This document shows, piece after piece, positions 50,405 through 59,206 of a stretch of DNA of 64,000 bases. Within the stretch, counting starts at the first letter, position 1. Each line of letters opens with the position of its first letter. This DNA is from Bradyrhizobiaceae bacterium (GTDB lineage Bacteria; Pseudomonadota; Alphaproteobacteria; Rhizobiales; Aestuariivirgaceae). The DNA is taken from positions 1,131 to 65,130 of the forward strand of contig CANHIU010000003.1 in the NCBI GenBank assembly GCA_947461195.1, given 5' to 3'. The notes beneath the pieces were generated by a model. The model was not told where the DNA came from, searched no databases, and saw only the letters and a program-made list of their open reading frames with translations. The position numbers and the translations under genes are program-made.

Positions 50405-50428
50405 AAGGGCGGTTTTTCCGCCCTTTTT
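50405..50428. terminator. Terminator between the small ORF and the response regulator
   Basis: AAGGGCGG-TTTTT-CCGCCCTT followed by TTT. Confidence 0.7.
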
Positions 50429-50445
50429 CATGTCCGGAGTGGCCG

Positions 50446-51243
50446 CTATCCCCGCAGGATCTGTACCGTATCGCGGGCCGAGGAAAGCAGCACGCCCAGC
50501 GCCTCGTGTCTTGCTGCTTCTGAGCAGGCGCGCTGGAACCGCTGCGCCGCCCAGTCCAGCCGGCGCGCGGCGAATCCGCGTCCGAGGGCGGCCAGGGTGG
50601 ACGCACAGGCCAGCATCGCTCCGTCCTTGGGTCCGCGGCCCTCATGCTCGAGCTGCCCGATGCAGTTCTCGATGTCCCGGCACGCGCCGTCCGAGATCTT
50701 CTGCCACGCCGAGCCTGTCACGCCGCGGCGCATCTCATACAACCGCAATTCGTCGAGCAGCGGCGGCAAAGTATCTGAAGGCCGTCCATCTTCGGCCGGG
50801 AGCCGCGTCAGCGCAGCCTTGACCGCCTCATGCAGTTCATTGCGGTTGGCGGGCTTGGGAAGGGCAATGTCAAAGGTATCGCGCCAGCCGCCGGTCCTCA
50901 CCGAATCGGCAAGAAATGCGGAGAGCGCCATCAATGGCGTCGTTGCGGCGTCTCCTCCCATGCGCCTGATGGAGCGGGCCGCCGTGATGCCGTCCATGAC
51001 CGGCATCTCGATATCCAGCACGATGACGTCAAAGCTTTTCGTTGCGGCGCTGTTCACGGCCTGCTCGCCATCGAGCACGGCCTCCACGTCACATCCCATG
51101 CCCTTGAGCATCGCCGCCGTGACGATCCGCATCGGGTCGCAATCTTCGGCGAGCAGCAGCCGGGGACGGCTGCCACCGGCCGTGCTCAGGCTCAGCGACT
51201 TCCGCTCAACGCTCCCGCTCATCCCCGCCGGCTGTCCCATCAT
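50446..51243 (-). CDS. Response regulator: receiver domain plus degenerate Hpt-like helical domain
   Basis: LLAED, LDIEMPVMDG, LSA, PKP; C-terminal helical bundle; start may be 51222-51255. Confidence 0.82.
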   Translation of the reverse strand: MMGQPAGMSGSVERKSLSLSTAGGSRPRLLLAEDCDPMRIVTAAMLKGMGCDVEAVLDGEQAVNSAATKSFDVIVLDIEMPVMDGITAARSIRRMGGDAATTPLMALSAFLADSVRTGGWRDTFDIALPKPANRNELHEAVKAALTRLPAEDGRPSDTLPPLLDELRLYEMRRGVTGSAWQKISDGACRDIENCIGQLEHEGRGPKDGAMLACASTLAALGRGFAARRLDWAAQRFQRACSEAARHEALGVLLSSARDTVQILRG

Positions 51244-51347
51244 CCGCCCTGACATTTCACTGTGCGGCAGACGCTAAGGTCCAATGGTTTTCAATTGGTG
51301 ATCTGGCGGAGCTGAAACCGGCTATGGTTAACCTTTGATGGAATGGC

Positions 51348-51995
51348 CTATTTGGTGCCGAACATGCGGTCACCCGCATCACCCAGCCCCGGCACGATGT
51401 AGCCGTGGTCGTTCAGGTGGCTGTCCACGGCAGCCGTGTAGATCGGGACATCGGGATGCTGCTGGGCGACCCGCCTGATTCCCTCAGGCGCAGAGAGCAG
51501 GCAGACGAGGCGAATGTCCCGGGCGCCCTTGTCCTTGAGCTTCTGGATTGCATAGGCAACGGAGTTGCCCGTCGCCAGCATGGGGTCAACCACGATCACC
51601 GGCCGTTCATCGATGTCGGCTGGTACCTTGAAATAATACTCGACGGGCTGCAGCGTCTCCGGATCGCGGTAGAGGCCGATGTGGCCGATGCGGGCAGACG
51701 GCATCAGGTCCAGCATGCCCTCGAGAAGGCCGTTGCCGGCCCTGAGGATGGAGACGATCACCAGTTTCTTTCCCTTGAGGATCGGGGCCTCCATCTCCGC
51801 CAGCGGGGTCTCGATGGTGTGGGTGGTCATCGGCAGGTTGCGCGCCACCTCATAGGCAAGCAGCAGGCTGATCTCGCGCAGGAGTTGGCGGAACACCGCT
51901 GAAGGCGTGGACTTGTCGCGCATCAGCGTCAGCTTGTGCAGCACCAGCGGGTGGTCGACCACGACGAGTGATTTGGGAAGCGCAGTCTCGGCCAT
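51348..51995 (-). CDS. upp: Uracil phosphoribosyltransferase
   Basis: [30 protein letters not shown]. Confidence 0.97.
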   Translation of the reverse strand: MAETALPKSLVVVDHPLVLHKLTLMRDKSTPSAVFRQLLREISLLLAYEVARNLPMTTHTIETPLAEMEAPILKGKKLVIVSILRAGNGLLEGMLDLMPSARIGHIGLYRDPETLQPVEYYFKVPADIDERPVIVVDPMLATGNSVAYAIQKLKDKGARDIRLVCLLSAPEGIRRVAQQHPDVPIYTAAVDSHLNDHGYIVPGLGDAGDRMFGTK

Positions 51996-52128
51996 GGTGG
52001 TTCTCCTTGTCTGATGCCCGTTTTGGGGGGAGCCGGTTATGAATTCAAGCGCGGGTGCCCGTCATCCACGGTTTTGCGCAAACATCGCATGGCAAGGCTT
52101 GCACGGTGAGCACGACATGCCCATATCG

Positions 52129-52145
52129 GTAACGACAGGCGTTAC
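52129..52145. promoter_or_regulatory. Operator-like inverted repeat GTAACG-N5-CGTTAC
   Basis: Perfect 6-bp arms directly upstream of the VOC gene SD. Confidence 0.45.
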
Positions 52146-52160
52146 ATTAAGGAACCTCAC

Positions 52161-52652
52161 ATGCCAGCAGAAAAGCCCATTCCGGCCGGAACGCGGATCG
52201 GACATGTGCATTTGAAGGTCTCTGATCTGCAACGGTCATTGGACTTCTACTGCGGTGTTCTGGGCTTTGAACTGCAGCAGCTTTTTGGCCGTCAGGCGGC
52301 ATTCGTCTCGGCCGGCGGCTACCACCACCACATTGGCCTCAACACGTGGGAAAGCGAGGGTGGAACCCCGCCGCCACCGGGCACCACGGGGCTGTTTCAT
52401 GTGGCAATTCTCTACCCAGCACGGGCTGACCTTGCGGACGCGCTGCGGCGCCTTGCCGCCCACAATGTGCCCCTTGATGGCGCTTCCGACCATGGCGTTT
52501 CCGAAGCGCTCTACCTTCATGATCCCGACAACAACGGCATCGAACTCTATTGGGACAAGCCGGAAAGTCAGTGGCCGCGCATGCCGGACGGCAGCCTTGC
52601 CATGGTGACCCAGCGCCTTGACCTGCAAGACCTTATCAACACCACACACTGA
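52161..52652 (+). CDS. VOC / glyoxalase-family protein (CatE-like)
   Basis: [43 protein letters not shown]. Confidence 0.9.
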   Translation: MPAEKPIPAGTRIGHVHLKVSDLQRSLDFYCGVLGFELQQLFGRQAAFVSAGGYHHHIGLNTWESEGGTPPPPGTTGLFHVAILYPARADLADALRRLAAHNVPLDGASDHGVSEALYLHDPDNNGIELYWDKPESQWPRMPDGSLAMVTQRLDLQDLINTTH

Positions 52653-52662
52653 AGGAAGACAG

Positions 52663-53265
52663 ATGACGAAAGTTCTCGTACTTTATTATTCCGCCTGGGG
52701 CCACATGGAGCAGATGGCCTATGCGGCGGCCGAAGGCGCCAAAGAGGCGGGCGCCGAAGTGGACGTGAAGCGGGTTCCGGAGCTCGTGCCGGAAGACGTG
52801 GCCAAGGCCGCCTGGTACAAGCTGGACCAGAAGGCTCCGATTGCCAATCCGGAAGAACTCGCGAACTATGATGCCATCATCTTCGGCTGCGGCACGCGCT
52901 ACGGAACCATGGCGGCGCAGATGCGCAACTTCATCGACCAGACCGGCTCTTTGTGGGCACGGCAGGCGCTTTGCGGCAAGGTTGGTTCAGCCATGACCTC
53001 CTCCGCCACGCAGCACGGTGGACAGGAATCGACGATCCTCGGTTTCATTCCCACCATGATGCATCATGGCATGGTGGTCGTCGGCCTTCCCTATACCTGG
53101 GCCGGCCAATCCGGCGTCGATGAGATCCGTGGTGGCTCGCCCTATGGCGCATCGACCATCACCCATTCCGATGGCAGCCGCCAGCCAGCTCAACACGAAC
53201 TGGACGGCGCGCGCTTTCAGGGCCGCCACGTGGCCGGGATCGCGGCGAAGCTCGCCAAGGCGTAA
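52663..53265 (+). CDS. wrbA: NAD(P)H:quinone oxidoreductase WrbA
   Basis: [28 protein letters not shown]. Confidence 0.93.
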   Translation: MTKVLVLYYSAWGHMEQMAYAAAEGAKEAGAEVDVKRVPELVPEDVAKAAWYKLDQKAPIANPEELANYDAIIFGCGTRYGTMAAQMRNFIDQTGSLWARQALCGKVGSAMTSSATQHGGQESTILGFIPTMMHHGMVVVGLPYTWAGQSGVDEIRGGSPYGASTITHSDGSRQPAQHELDGARFQGRHVAGIAAKLAKA

Positions 53266-53276
53266 TGAATGCCACC

Positions 53277-53305
53277 AGCATGGCCGGGCTTCGTCCGGCC
53301 ATGTT
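53277..53305. repeat. REP-like hairpin (CATGGCCGG-GCTTCGT-CCGGCCATG)
   Basis: 9-bp perfect stem between convergent genes; core resembles the 45152 element. Confidence 0.6.
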
Positions 53306-53334
53306 GTCTTTCGCGGTGGCGCTTCCTTGTTTTC

Positions 53335-54435
53335 TCAGCCCGCCGCCTGCAGTGCGCGCGGCAATTCTTCTGCCAGCACTGCGAGGTCTTCCGGCATTCC
53401 TGCCGTGATGCGGATGCAACGGTTCAAGGGAGCAATCCCAGGCATTCGCACGAATACGCCGTTCGCCACCAGGGCATCCAGTATGCGCTTTGCATATTCA
53501 CCATCCCGTCCGCAGTCGATGGTCACGAAATTGGTTGCGGAAGGCAGTGGTGTGAGGCCGTTCTCGCGGGCAATTGCGGCGATCTGCCCGCGCGCGGTTT
53601 CTACGCGTGCGACGACGCTTCGCAGGTGGTTCTGATCGGCCAGTGCCGCCACGCCGGCAATCTGCCCCATCCTCGTAATTCCGAAATGGTTGCGTATCTT
53701 GTCGAATGCGGAAATGACGTCCGCATGCCCGATGCAGTAACCGAGCCTCATCCCTGCCATGCCATAGGCCTTGGAAAATGTGCGAAAGCGCAGCACATTC
53801 GGCTTGGTCACATCGAGCCTGGGCAGCGTGCCCTCTGGCGCGAACTCGCCGTATGCTTCATCCAGAACCAGAAGAGCGTCATCCGGCAATGCGGCGATCA
53901 TCTTCTCGATTGTTGCTGCGTCCCACCAACTTCCCATCGGATTGTCGGGATTTGCGAAGTAGATGACGCGCGCATCTTCGCGAAGCGCGAGGTCGAGAAG
54001 CGAGGAGGGGTCTTCGTGGTCGTTCACATAGGGCGTGGTGACCAGCCTGCCCCCAAAACCATGCACATGGAAACCGAAGGTTGGATAGGCGCCCTGCGAC
54101 GTTGCAACGCTCACCCCCGGTTTCACGAACAGCCTGATGGCAAGGCCGAGGAGCCCGTCAATTCCCTCGCCAACCATCACGTTTGACGGCGAAACGCCGA
54201 GATGCCTTGCCAGCGCAAACCTGAACGCATGGTTCTCCGGATCGCAGTACTGCCAGACCTCGGGTGCTGCCTCCCGCATGGCCGCCACCACGGCGGGTGA
54301 TGGACCGAACACGCTCTCATTTGCGCCGATGCGCGCGCGGATCCGCGTACCGGTTCGCCGTTCCAGCGCTTCTGGGCCAACGAAGGGGACGGAGGAGGGA
54401 AGTGATTGGACGAGCGGTGTGAAGAGCGGTGGCAT
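53335..54435 (-). CDS. Class I/II PLP aminotransferase (HisC-like)
   Basis: GANE, NPDNPMG, DEAY, RTFSKAYGMAGMRLGY. Confidence 0.88.
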   Translation of the reverse strand: MPPLFTPLVQSLPSSVPFVGPEALERRTGTRIRARIGANESVFGPSPAVVAAMREAAPEVWQYCDPENHAFRFALARHLGVSPSNVMVGEGIDGLLGLAIRLFVKPGVSVATSQGAYPTFGFHVHGFGGRLVTTPYVNDHEDPSSLLDLALREDARVIYFANPDNPMGSWWDAATIEKMIAALPDDALLVLDEAYGEFAPEGTLPRLDVTKPNVLRFRTFSKAYGMAGMRLGYCIGHADVISAFDKIRNHFGITRMGQIAGVAALADQNHLRSVVARVETARGQIAAIARENGLTPLPSATNFVTIDCGRDGEYAKRILDALVANGVFVRMPGIAPLNRCIRITAGMPEDLAVLAEELPRALQAAG

Positions 54436-55322
54436 CAGACGTATTTCCGCCAGTCATGCTCTTCCTTGAAGCCGAGCACCTCTCTGATCTTGCGGTTTGA
54501 GAGTGGCGCCTCATGACCAGACATTTCGCGTTTCAGGGGAATCTGCGGGCAGTGCTTCTTGAGGAAGGCAGCGGTTGGCTCCTTGGCCGTGATGGTATCG
54601 TTCACTGCGTTGAACACCTGGAAGCCAAGTCCGTCCTTCTCGATGCAGAGATGCACGATCTGCCCCAGGTCTCGGGCATCGATATAGCTCCAGGCGTTCC
54701 GCTTGCGGCTCATCGGCCGTTCCATGAAACCCCTGAACGCCGGATACTCATGCGGCTCGATGACGTTGCCGATCCGCAGTGCGTAGACATCGGCACCATA
54801 GCGCATGGCGAAAGCCTTCGCTGTCTTCTCGTTCACGAGTTTCGAGAGCCCGTAGGAGTCCATCGGGTCTATGTCGTAGTCCTCCTCGAGAGGGAAGTGG
54901 TGATAGTCCTTGTCGCCCTCGGCGAAGCAGACCCCATAAGTCGTTTCGCTGGACGCGATGATGACCTTGCGGATACCGAGCTTCATCGCCGCCTCGATGA
55001 CATTGTAGGTCGATACCGTGTTGACCGCGAAAGTGGTGTTGTCCGGGTTGATCAGAACCCGTGGAACGGCGGCGAAATGCACAACGGCATCGGGTCTTCC
55101 GGGTACCTGGCCCTGATCATAGCCTTCGAACCCGAAATGCGTGGTCAGCGCATTGAAGACCTGTCCTGAGTCCGTGATATCTGCGAGGAGGGTGTTCACC
55201 CCCGGGCAGTCGAGCGGTTTCAGGTCGACATTCAGAACATCGTAGCCCTTGGCCTTGAGCCATGGAACCACATGCTTCCCAGCCTTGCCGGACCCACCCG
55301 TGAAGACGATACGCGTCGCCAT
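54435..55322 (-). CDS. NAD-dependent epimerase/dehydratase (extended SDR)
   Basis: TGGSGKAG, HFAA, ASSE, YGLSK; 1-nt overlap with the aminotransferase. Confidence 0.9.
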   Translation of the reverse strand: MATRIVFTGGSGKAGKHVVPWLKAKGYDVLNVDLKPLDCPGVNTLLADITDSGQVFNALTTHFGFEGYDQGQVPGRPDAVVHFAAVPRVLINPDNTTFAVNTVSTYNVIEAAMKLGIRKVIIASSETTYGVCFAEGDKDYHHFPLEEDYDIDPMDSYGLSKLVNEKTAKAFAMRYGADVYALRIGNVIEPHEYPAFRGFMERPMSRKRNAWSYIDARDLGQIVHLCIEKDGLGFQVFNAVNDTITAKEPTAAFLKKHCPQIPLKREMSGHEAPLSNRKIREVLGFKEEHDWRKYV

Positions 55323-55655
55323 TGAACCCTCCACTTCTCTGTGATGCGGGTTCTGTAGGAGGCGGATGCCAGGCTGGCAAGTGGTGGTCTCGATCAGGCC
55401 GGCTGTGTCGAAGGTTGCTTTACCCGTTCTGTGCCGTCTCCCGCAGGCGGGCGGGCTCCGTGTCTACACGCCCACCAGACATCACAGCGCTCACACCCGC
55501 CGGCGGCCCGGCCTGACCATGCTGAAACACTCGAATAGGCTTCAATCATGTTGCCTTCAGGAAAAACGGTCTAACCCTTAATTTGAATAGAACTGTATAT
55601 ATGTGAACATTTCAACTGGAGCGGATGGCTATAATTATGCGTGGGGAGGTCCAAC

Positions 55656-56465
55656 ATGATCCGTTATCTCGCAAAAAACACTCTGGCCGTAATGGCTCTT
55701 GCTTCCGTCATCTCCGGTGTTGCCCGGGCTGATGATTCCCAGGAACTTGCAAAGCAGCTCGCCAATCCGCTCGCGGCCCTGATCAGCGTTCCATTCCAGG
55801 GCAATTACAACAGCGGCATTGGGCCCCTCGAGGATGGCGAGCAGGTCCTTGTCAATGTGCAGCCTGTCATTCCCATCACGCTCAATGATGACTGGAACCT
55901 GATCTCGCGGACTGTCCTGCCGGTTGTAAGCCAGCAGGACATCTTCCCGGGTGCCGGCGAGCAGTTCGGGCTGGGCAACACGGTACAGAGCCTGTTCTTC
56001 TCGCCCAGCCAGACGATCGATGGGTGGACCTTGGGCGCCGGCCCGGTCTTCTACCTGCCAACCAGAACCGATGACCTGCTGGGCCCTGAGAAGTGGGGTA
56101 CCGGGCCAACCGCCGTGGCGCTTTGGCAGGGCAGTGGCTGGTCCGTCGGGATGCTGGCCAATCATATCTGGTCCGTTGCGGGCGCCGAGAATGATCCGGA
56201 TATCAATGCGACCTTCCTCCAGCCTTTCCTGTCCTACACCACGCAGGACTCTTGGACCTTCGCCCTCAACACTGAATCCACCTACGATTGGGAGAACGAG
56301 GATTGGTCCGTTCCCCTGAACGGGACCGTCTCCAAATTGTTGAACCTCGGGGGGCAGCCGGTGAGCCTGGTTGGCGGAGTCCGCTACTGGGCCGTTTCGC
56401 CGGAGGACAAAGGACCCGAAGGCTGGGGTGCGCGCTTCGGCGTCACCTTCCTGTTTCCAAAGTGA
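55656..56465 (+). CDS. Putative outer-membrane beta-barrel ('neuromedin U'/transporter-annotated family)
   Basis: Signal peptide ARA-D; LAKQLANP..LISVPFQ; alternating aromatic strands; C-terminal TFLF. Confidence 0.75.
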   Translation: MIRYLAKNTLAVMALASVISGVARADDSQELAKQLANPLAALISVPFQGNYNSGIGPLEDGEQVLVNVQPVIPITLNDDWNLISRTVLPVVSQQDIFPGAGEQFGLGNTVQSLFFSPSQTIDGWTLGAGPVFYLPTRTDDLLGPEKWGTGPTAVALWQGSGWSVGMLANHIWSVAGAENDPDINATFLQPFLSYTTQDSWTFALNTESTYDWENEDWSVPLNGTVSKLLNLGGQPVSLVGGVRYWAVSPEDKGPEGWGARFGVTFLFPK

Positions 56466-56510
56466 ATTCGGGTAGACTACAAAGGCCGGCCAAAGGAAAG
56501 GTCTGCTGTC

Positions 56511-57683
56511 TTGAACCCTGCCCGATGCCTGTGTCTTGTCATTCTGGGGATAGCTCTCGCCGCATGTGCGGGGCCAACAGTGGAGTCATTGCGTGATCCA
56601 GTGCCGGAGCCGCTCGTCACGCAGTCTGCGGTTCCGGGCTACAAGAACATCCGCTACTGGGGCGACAATGGCGAGGGGCTTTCGCCTGGCATCGTCGCGG
56701 AGATTGAAGCCCAGCAGAAGGCGTCCGGCAATATCCATAAAGAGAGCAATTTCCTCGCCGTGTCTGGTGGCGGCAGCAACGGGGCATTCGGCGCCGGCGT
56801 GCTTTTTGGCTGGACGGCATCCGGCAAGCGCCCTGATTTCACCGTCGTCACGGGCGTCAGCACCGGCTCCCTGATCGCACCCTTTGCTTTTCTGGGGCCT
56901 CCCTACGATGACTATCTGAAGGAGGCCTACACCCAGGTTTCCGGAGATGACGTTTTCGAGCGGAAGGGCGTCCTCAGTATTCTGGGATCTGCATCAGTGG
57001 CTGACAATTCGCCGCTCCGCCGCCTTGTGTCGCGCTACGTGACTGCGCAGATGCTGGCTGATATCGAGCGTGAGCACAATCGGGGGCGGCGCCTCTTGGT
57101 CGGCACCACCAACCTTGATGCGGAACGTCCCGTCGTCTGGGATATCGGTGCCATTGCGTCAAGTGGTGTTCCCGGGCGGCAGCAGCTCATCCAGGACATC
57201 CTCGTCGCGTCGGCCTCCATTCCAGGCGTGTTCCCGCCAGTGAAGATCCAGGTCGTGGCGGATGGGATGACCTTCGACGAGATGCACGTCGACGGCGGCA
57301 CCAGCAATCAGGCCTTCATGTTCCCATCGAATTTCTCGGTGCGCGAGAACGACAGAAAGATGAACCGGAAAGGCATGGTCCGTACACTCTATGTATTGCG
57401 GAACGGCAAGGTCACGCCGGAATTCAGCAAGGTCAAGCCCCGGCTGGCCTCGATTGTCGGCAAGTCCATCAGTTCGCTGATCAAGACGCAGGGGATCGGC
57501 GACCTCTACCGCATGTATGCCAATGCCCAGCGCGATGGAATTGCCTTCCGCGCCATCTGGATTCCGGAAAGCTTCACCATGCGGGAGCCTCAACCCTTCG
57601 ATCCCCCCTTCATGAAGGCTCTGTTCGACCTCGGCTATCAGATGGGCCGCAACGGCATTCCATGGGTAGAGCAGCCGCCCTGA
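56511..57683 (+). CDS. Patatin-like phospholipase lipoprotein
   Basis: Lipobox LAAC; GGGSNG, GVSTG (catalytic Ser), VDGG (catalytic Asp). Confidence 0.9.
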   Translation: MNPARCLCLVILGIALAACAGPTVESLRDPVPEPLVTQSAVPGYKNIRYWGDNGEGLSPGIVAEIEAQQKASGNIHKESNFLAVSGGGSNGAFGAGVLFGWTASGKRPDFTVVTGVSTGSLIAPFAFLGPPYDDYLKEAYTQVSGDDVFERKGVLSILGSASVADNSPLRRLVSRYVTAQMLADIEREHNRGRRLLVGTTNLDAERPVVWDIGAIASSGVPGRQQLIQDILVASASIPGVFPPVKIQVVADGMTFDEMHVDGGTSNQAFMFPSNFSVRENDRKMNRKGMVRTLYVLRNGKVTPEFSKVKPRLASIVGKSISSLIKTQGIGDLYRMYANAQRDGIAFRAIWIPESFTMREPQPFDPPFMKALFDLGYQMGRNGIPWVEQPP

Positions 57684-58051
57684 GCAATGCAGCTGAACCT
57701 GGCACGAAAGGCCAGCAATCCCTCTGTCCAATCACGCGTCACTGCCAGCGATGCGGCATGCATGTCTCTTGTGCAGCCATCCTGTCCGGGAGGTGATCAT
57801 TGCAACTCGGGAGGAGATGCCCAACGGCTCTCCGGGCCAAGCCAACAGAGCAGAATAGCGATTGAAACCCATGCCGCGTTTTGCATGGTTCGATTGCGCT
57901 ATCCAAAACCACAATCAGCAGGCGTTCCGCCAACGCGACTGCTGCGGGCGAGTGGAGTGTTCATCAGACCTAAGGCAAGGATCGACTCAGCGCCGTGATT
58001 GCTGCTGGCATGGACTCCCGCTCTGTCGAGGAATCCGGACTGCGCGTTTTC

Positions 58052-58435
58052 CTATGCGGTGCGCCGCTGGCGTGAAGCGTGATGGAGCAGGGAGCTTGCA
58101 TGCTCATCTCTCCGCATCAAGTGGCGCACATAGATGAACACGCAGATCCAACTCACGAGAGCCGGGTAGAGAGCGAATGCGTAGTAAGCAAGGTCGTTAT
58201 GAAACTCCGATGGCCGGAGCGCAAGCGCCACTGCCACGCCAACTAGCAGAACGATCATCGTGATGGCCATGGCCCGCGCCGACTCGAGGTGTCCCCTGTA
58301 CGCGGTGGCGGCGATCCACCCCCAGAAGAACAGCAGCATGAAGAAGCTGCTTCCCAGCAGTCGTCCGACAATTGCAGAGTGCGCAGCCATCGCCATGGCG
58401 ATCCAGAACAGCACCCAGTATGGCCGACCCTTCAC
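58052..58435 (-). CDS. Hypothetical four-TM membrane protein
   Basis: 127 aa with four hydrophobic segments; GTG start; no family recognised. Confidence 0.55.
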   Translation of the reverse strand: MKGRPYWVLFWIAMAMAAHSAIVGRLLGSSFFMLLFFWGWIAATAYRGHLESARAMAITMIVLLVGVAVALALRPSEFHNDLAYYAFALYPALVSWICVFIYVRHLMRRDEHASSLLHHASRQRRTA

Positions 58436-58819
58436 GTTGCGTACTCCCAGAAAAATACCAGAGAAGCTTAGCTATCCAATGCCTCTGCGCATGTTTATCT
58501 GGCCCATGGCCGAGCTCGAGTCAAAGCCTCGTTGGGCGTCTTCCCCAAGTTGATATCTTGTTACTAGGGTGATTCGTGTGGAGGTAAGGGATTGCGCACT
58601 CGATGGTCGGCTGCCTCAGCTATTTTTATCAATCAATAATTGAATTTATCTCCGTTTATGTCATCGTTCACCCAACGATTCATGGCGCATGAACAAAATT
58701 CTTCCGCGCTGAACTGGATGACTTGCATCAGAAGGCGCAAGATCGCATGAATGCGGTCATTCAACGTATGCCAAAGCCGGATTGAAGCAGATATCTGATG
58801 GTTATCCGCCTTGCCCTTC

Positions 58820-59092
58820 ATGCTTGATCAGTTGCTAGCCTGGCTCACCTCGGCAACGCCCACATGGCTTGCCCTGTGCCTCTTCGCTGTCTGCGCAGTC
58901 TTGTTCTGGTAGCAACGCGCCATGATCCGCCGTCTCAACAGTCATGCCAAGAGCATCGCGCATATGGATACCTGGGCGGACGACGTCGAGGAGGCAGTCA
59001 ACGCGCTGGAAGATAAGGCGAAGCGTATGGCACCCAGTTACATGCCGGTACGCAGCCAACCGGTGGACGTCCGGAGATGGTGGCAGAAGTAA
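58820..59092 (+). pseudogene. Small TM plus coiled-coil ORF interrupted by an in-frame TAG (58910-58912)
   Basis: MLDQLLAWLTSATPTWLALCLFAVCAVLFW*QRAMIRRLNSHAKSIAHMDTWADDVEEAVNALEDKAKRMAPSYMPVRSQPVDVRRWWQK; frame continuous on both sides of the stop. Confidence 0.5.
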
Positions 59093-59206
59093 TCAGCAGA
59101 TGTGCCAGGGCTGCAGTCTGCCGTGCATAACGCGGATTGCGTTGATTGCGCTGTTTGACAATTATGATAGTTTGATAATGATTGAATTCGTGGGTGCCAG
59201 CAGGCT

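Noticed and set aside
51326-51333. GGTTAACC (and GTTAAC at about 63364) as CtrA sites
   Set aside because: Half-sites only, with no second TTAA at N7
55593-55608. CTGTATATAT resembling an E. coli SOS box
   Set aside because: The right half is GAAC rather than ACAG, and alphaproteobacterial LexA uses GTTC-N7-GTTC; the GAAC repeats here are 11 nt apart
57797-57886. 29-aa signal-peptide-like ORF (MQNAAWVSIAILLCWLGPESRWASPPELQ) on the minus strand, plus other small ORFs in 57684-58051
   Set aside because: No SD or domain; several mutually exclusive frames of equal plausibility
58436-58507. In-frame ATGs and a TAG (58472-74) upstream of the 4-TM ORF, suggesting a second amber-interrupted gene
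   Set aside because: Any upstream frame must hit a stop; the extension is not convincingly protein-like
58658-58785. Two short overlapping frames joinable by a -1 shift into a 42-aa helical peptide (MSSFTQRFMAHEQ/KFFRAELDDLHQKAQDRMNAVIQRMPKPD)
   Set aside because: No canonical slippery heptamer, SD or downstream structure; too short to separate from chance without homologues
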